Source of the DNA: a virus
Taxonomy: Duplodnaviria > Caudoviricetes
DNA length: 59,595 nucleotides
Direction: 5' to 3' (one strand)
Virus record (IMG/VR): IMGVR_UViG_3300027791_003052
Span: 1 to 59,595 of that record
The position numbers were made by a program, and so were the translations under genes. Of the stretch, positions 55,942 through 59,595 are shown in pieces; within the stretch, counting starts at the first letter, position 1, and each line of letters begins with the position of its first letter. The notes below the pieces were generated by a model, which saw only the letters and a program-made list of their open reading frames with translations, searched no databases and was not told the origin of the DNA.

Positions 55942-55950
55942 TATAAATAT
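55942..55950 (-). promoter_or_regulatory. ATATTTATA motif
   Basis: 21 nt upstream of ATG at 55920. Confidence 0.6.
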
Positions 55951-55981
55951 ATCTTTGTTGATTTTATGGTTCGTATTCACA

Positions 55982-57316
55982 CTAATAGTAACATTTGATT
56001 CCCATCTCGTATTTTTTATTTATCATAGTCATTTTCTTTTTACGATTAGTTCCAGTACGTTTACAAGTGATATGTAACCATATACTATTACCATGTTCAA
56101 ATATAAATTGGTCAAATGGGAGTGTTTCCACAATCCATTTAGAGATTGGTAAATAATCTCTTGGCCCAAGTCCTGTGAATTGAATATCTATTGCTTCACC
56201 AATCTCATGCTGAGAGACCCTACCTACTAAACTTGGTGTTCCTCGGAAAGCTGAATTGATTACTACATTTGGATATTTTGCTAGTATTGGCTCTACTATA
56301 TTTACCGCTACGTGTTTTAAGTTACACACAATATCATCAACAGTAAGACCATGTGCTGCTTTTATCTTATGTGGGAACGTAACATCCAATGATAAAGAAC
56401 GAACTTTTAAATTGGGTGATAACTCGGCCTCATAGTTTAATCCTACTCCACATTGTGAAGGTATTGCTTCTGCAGCATTTTCTGAAGGAGTTATTTCATC
56501 AGGAGTATCTGATAAATCTGGTGATACATCAGGAGCAGATTGTCTTTGAATCGCTGCTAATGTTGAGTTTTTTTCTTCACCATCATCTGTAAGTATTTCG
56601 GTTCCTGTTGCTGCAACAACCGCAGCTGCACCAGCTACGGTGTTGTTGTTATCAGGAATAATTTCTAATAATTCTTCTACCGTAAGAAGGAGTGTATCTA
56701 TAATACTCAAATCAATTGGTGGATTAACTACTGGTTTCGGTACACTAGGTCCTGCTGGTGGAACTGTAAACCCAGTCCATGTTAATACACCTGGTGCAAC
56801 GAATGGTGGTGCACCTGGATATAATGATGTTGTCATATATAATCCTTGTATGGTTGGTACATGAGACATCATGGATGCTATTAATCTATCTAAAAACAAT
56901 CCACTATCATCAACGGGACTAAGTGGTCCAACTGGTGTCCAAGTTCCAGGTGAAGTTGTTATAGCTGCGGTTGTTGTTATATTTAACATAGAACCTGGAG
57001 CTGGAATTATTGGTGGTATTCCTGTTACTAAAGTTGCACCGGTCCAATAACCTAATACACCCTTTCCTATATCATCGGCAAAAACATGCTTTCCTTTTTG
57101 TTTTGAAAGTGCAGTTGTACACGCAAGAGTAACTAAAGTTTCCATCAAAGCAATGTTTGGTGTTTGTATAGGGATATTGTTTATTGTCTGTAAACCTCTC
57201 CTAATACACATATCATATTCTTGTGTAATCTTTTTTGCAAATTCAGGGAAGGCTTTAATCCCATCTTGATTTTTCATATAACCTAACATGCTTTGTTTGA
57301 ATATTGCGAAAGACAT
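55982..57316 (-). CDS. Baseplate-associated protein with C-terminal peptidase M15 (Zn peptidoglycan peptidase) domain
   Basis: INSAFR..SQHEIGEAIDI..FEH..WLHI (H, D, H Zn ligands); Pro/Gly-rich N-terminal domain and acidic linker. Confidence 0.8.
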   Translation of the reverse strand: MSFAIFKQSMLGYMKNQDGIKAFPEFAKKITQEYDMCIRRGLQTINNIPIQTPNIALMETLVTLACTTALSKQKGKHVFADDIGKGVLGYWTGATLVTGIPPIIPAPGSMLNITTTAAITTSPGTWTPVGPLSPVDDSGLFLDRLIASMMSHVPTIQGLYMTTSLYPGAPPFVAPGVLTWTGFTVPPAGPSVPKPVVNPPIDLSIIDTLLLTVEELLEIIPDNNNTVAGAAAVVAATGTEILTDDGEEKNSTLAAIQRQSAPDVSPDLSDTPDEITPSENAAEAIPSQCGVGLNYEAELSPNLKVRSLSLDVTFPHKIKAAHGLTVDDIVCNLKHVAVNIVEPILAKYPNVVINSAFRGTPSLVGRVSQHEIGEAIDIQFTGLGPRDYLPISKWIVETLPFDQFIFEHGNSIWLHITCKRTGTNRKKKMTMINKKYEMGIKCYY

Positions 57317-57319
57317 GAG

Positions 57320-58558
57320 TTATTCTGTATAATTAAGAGTGGATAGGAATGTACTCAATTTGGATTTGATTGTATTAAAATCTCCACGATTGTTTGGTCC
57401 CATCATTGTAGGTCCTGCTGGTGTTGAGAATATTTGAGCATTTATAGCATCTATTAATTGTTCCATCAAATCAAGTAGAGTTTCACCTCGTACTAATGGC
57501 TCATCGGTGGACTCTGTATTTAAGTAGATTTCTCCAGCTCCACCGAGAATAAAAGTGTTATTATCATTTGTAGTAATTCTAACATCACCATTGAAATCCA
57601 TCTCCGCTCCATCTAATCCATTATCTATTGTAAGTTTACCATCTGATATAAATGAATAGTTTCCTTTAGAGTAAAATAACATTTCAGAATCCTTGGATGA
57701 TAATATAATTCTACCACTATTAATAAGAACTTGATCAGTTCCTTTTAATTCAGGTTCTTCTGCATATATTGGAGTAGTCTCCATTGGAGTGTCAATCTGA
57801 CCAGGAGTAAATTCTAATAAATGTTCTCCACTTGCCATTACAATAGTTGAACCATCATCTACTATATCTTCAAGTAAGAATTCTTGTTCTTTTAATTCAT
57901 CTAAAGATTTATCACCTTGTCTGTTTCTTATTATAATGGTTGGTGCTAAAACATTATCAACATTATTATAACCACTAAAACGAATTGATTGTCCAAAACG
58001 AGATTGTATAACTTTATCTCCTTCGTGAAATTGTAATGGATTTATTTGAGTAGCTTCAAAATATTCATTTTTAGGATCATCATCTGTTCCTGATGCTGAA
58101 GAGTTTGGTGTACCTGTTTGAGATGTAGTTGAATAATCATCAGATTTTCCTGATGGTGGTTTTTCCTTATCCGGATTAATCAAACTATTTGGATTACTTT
58201 TTGCTGAGTTACTGTTAATATCAGAACTTGGCATTCTTTTATAAACATACTTACCACTTGAAAGTCTAACCAATTCAACAGTTTCCCCAATTAATGGTAA
58301 CTCTATACTTGCAACATCCATCGGCCGTATGAATTTCAAATCTGCTAATGAAGTTGTATTATCATCCATTCTACGTATTTTTGCAGAACCAATTTTTCCA
58401 GTATTTTTAGGTCCGAATACTTCAGAGGAAATACCATGTGATGTTACGGCAGGATGATTTTCATCGAGAATAATATCTAGGACGAGACCAGATAATACTT
58501 CACTTCTGGTTTGGTTACTTCTACCCGATATATTTCCTGCTTGACTTAATCTACTCAT
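57320..58558 (-). CDS. Baseplate hub/central spike protein (gp5/VgrG-like)
   Basis: OB-fold-like VLDIILD..LPLIGETV, EGDKVIQSRFGQSIRF, beta-helix-like QVLINSGRIIL.., EPLVRGETL; upstream of gp25/gp6. Confidence 0.7.
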   Translation of the reverse strand: MSRLSQAGNISGRSNQTRSEVLSGLVLDIILDENHPAVTSHGISSEVFGPKNTGKIGSAKIRRMDDNTTSLADLKFIRPMDVASIELPLIGETVELVRLSSGKYVYKRMPSSDINSNSAKSNPNSLINPDKEKPPSGKSDDYSTTSQTGTPNSSASGTDDDPKNEYFEATQINPLQFHEGDKVIQSRFGQSIRFSGYNNVDNVLAPTIIIRNRQGDKSLDELKEQEFLLEDIVDDGSTIVMASGEHLLEFTPGQIDTPMETTPIYAEEPELKGTDQVLINSGRIILSSKDSEMLFYSKGNYSFISDGKLTIDNGLDGAEMDFNGDVRITTNDNNTFILGGAGEIYLNTESTDEPLVRGETLLDLMEQLIDAINAQIFSTPAGPTMMGPNNRGDFNTIKSKLSTFLSTLNYTE

Positions 58559-58967
58559 TCTTACCTACTTTTAGTTTTAGTTCCTCTACTTCATTAGTAA
58601 TATCATCAAGTTTTATATCATGTTCATTACTAACTTCTGAAATAGTTTGATCTAATTCTTTTAGTAATTGTTCTTTTTCATCGTTTGATAAAAACCCACT
58701 ATCTCCTTCTGATTTTTGATTGTTTCCAATAATCCTTTGGGCTATTGCTGCCATTTTAATAAGTGCATCATCATTACGAACAGATGAATCAATTAAATCT
58801 CGTATAATCGGTCCCATTGCCATCATATCTTGAGAATGACGGACAAGTTTTCTCATCTCAGCAATCAATTCTGATATTCGTAACTTCTTTGTTTGTTGGT
58901 TGTCGTAGATATCCTTAAATAACCCACCAAGGCTTTTACCTGGAAATAATTCGAATTCTGTACTCAT
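58551..58967 (-). CDS. Hypothetical helical protein
   Basis: 138-aa ORF overlapping the next gene; follows the ATATTTATA motif. Confidence 0.7.
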   Translation of the reverse strand: MSTEFELFPGKSLGGLFKDIYDNQQTKKLRISELIAEMRKLVRHSQDMMAMGPIIRDLIDSSVRNDDALIKMAAIAQRIIGNNQKSEGDSGFLSNDEKEQLLKELDQTISEVSNEHDIKLDDITNEVEELKLKVGKNE

Positions 58968-58989
58968 GATTTTACCATATTATCTTGTA

Positions 58990-58998
58990 TATAAATAT
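58990..58998 (-). promoter_or_regulatory. ATATTTATA motif after a terminator
   Basis: 22 nt upstream of ATG at 58967. Confidence 0.6.
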
Positions 58999-59005
58999 GA
59001 TAAAC

Positions 59006-59034
59006 AAAAAAACCTCACTTTTTAAGGTGAGGTT
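59006..59034 (-). terminator. Intrinsic terminator
   Basis: Minus strand AACCTCAC-CTTAAAAA-GTGAGGTTTTTTT. Confidence 0.8.
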
Positions 59035-59066
59035 CTCTTTTAATGTACATTGGTAAAAAGCGTATA

Positions 59067-59303
59067 TTATGCTTTCTTTTTCATGATGTGGTATATAACT
59101 CCAGCTCCTACTAAACCTAGTAAGCCTTCATTACTTAATGAACCAATAATACCCATAATGTTATCCACTACTGATATTTCAGGCCAAAAAGGAATCGATG
59201 CACCTTTGAATAATACTTCAAGTACTACTCCAAGAGCAATGATACTGATACCGATTTCTGTTAGTGATTTTGCCCAATCACCGATTTTGTTTAGAAATTC
59301 CAT
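59067..59303 (-). CDS. Small membrane protein (two hydrophobic segments, basic C-terminus)
   Basis: IGISIIALGVVLEVLF and GLLGLVGAGVIYHIMKKKA; AAGGAG upstream; own terminator. Confidence 0.8.
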   Translation of the reverse strand: MEFLNKIGDWAKSLTEIGISIIALGVVLEVLFKGASIPFWPEISVVDNIMGIIGSLSNEGLLGLVGAGVIYHIMKKKA

Positions 59304-59465
59304 ATTGTTGTTCTCCTTTGTTTTTTGTTAGAATTGTATAACCTCTTCCTTATTCAAAACATCGGACATGTCTAGAATAACTATGGTATATACAATGAAA
59401 AAAGTTCCAATATATATTCAATACCCAATTAGAGAAGTGTATGAGGGGTTTATATATTTATGTAT

Positions 59466-59490
59466 AAAAAAACCCCACGAAAGTAGGGTT
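59466..59490 (-). terminator. Intrinsic terminator
   Basis: Minus strand AACCCTAC-TTTC-GTGGGGTTTTTTT. Confidence 0.75.
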
Positions 59491-59595
59491 GTTTTGCTAA
59501 CCACTTTATTATACGATTAGAGATTTTCGAGGGAATTTATAACCTATTATTAGTATCCTCTATCTTACAATAAGTATTATAATATTTTCTTTTTA

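Noticed and set aside
52805-58558. Bacterial contractile injection system (eCIS/T6SS) rather than a phage
   Set aside because: Linked primase, Mre11-Rad50, phage-type promoter motif and absence of any housekeeping gene favour a large lytic phage.
59067-59303. Holin call for the 78-aa membrane protein
   Set aside because: Size and topology fit, but it has its own terminator and no clear endolysin/spanin neighbours; evidence is insufficient.
311-59331. Many + strand ORFs and short nested - strand ORFs in the track
   Set aside because: They are antisense or out-of-frame shadows of long motif-bearing genes, with no recognisable motifs or upstream signals.
1-59595. Stop-codon reassignment, as in some large Bacteroidota phages
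   Set aside because: Genes are long and tightly packed in the standard code; TAG (7731, 20661) and TGA (37279) end genes at sensible positions.
1-59595. tRNA genes, CRISPR array, DGR, IS/integrase
   Set aside because: No cloverleaf/T-loop signature, regularly spaced repeats, reverse transcriptase or transposase motifs were seen; intergenic space is minimal. By-eye inspection only.

Overview
An AT-rich, gene-dense segment of a large tailed dsDNA phage genome (myovirus-like, probably a jumbo phage), read in the standard code. Nearly all real genes lie on the minus strand. In transcription order (right to left) it holds four blocks. (i) A contractile-tail baseplate module, 58.5-39.9 kb: gp5-like hub, M15 peptidase fusion, gp25-like, gp6-like, gp7-like and tail-collar-like genes. 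(ii) A small replication/recombination block: sulfotransferase, GIY-YIG nuclease, DnaG-type primase behind two Bacteroidota-type promoters, and a single-chain Mre11-Rad50/SbcCD fusion. (iii) A 2994-aa tail-fibre-like protein with a non-splicing Hint domain ahead of its C-terminal domain, followed by a ~17 kb glycan-biosynthesis cluster: GT-B, methyltransferase, GT2-like, two GT7-LamG fusions, cytidylyltransferase, radical SAM, RmlC, three SDRs, minimal TPP-dependent E1 alpha/beta pair, and repeated GT10-like genes. (iv) A 1785-aa multidomain protein, the most striking feature. It combines an HxGH nucleotidyltransferase, a CCA-adding enzyme, an RNase-like domain, a basic domain, an HD hydrolase and a KxDG ligase-like domain. 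These are separated by (L/I/V)xE motifs resembling T4-type prohead-protease sites and preceded by a leader resembling the T4 capsid-targeting sequence. I interpret it as a candidate virion-packaged, proteolytically processed tRNA/RNA-repair polyprotein. An ATATTTATA motif precedes most operon starts (putative phage late promoter). All calls come from reading motifs by eye; no database search was run.
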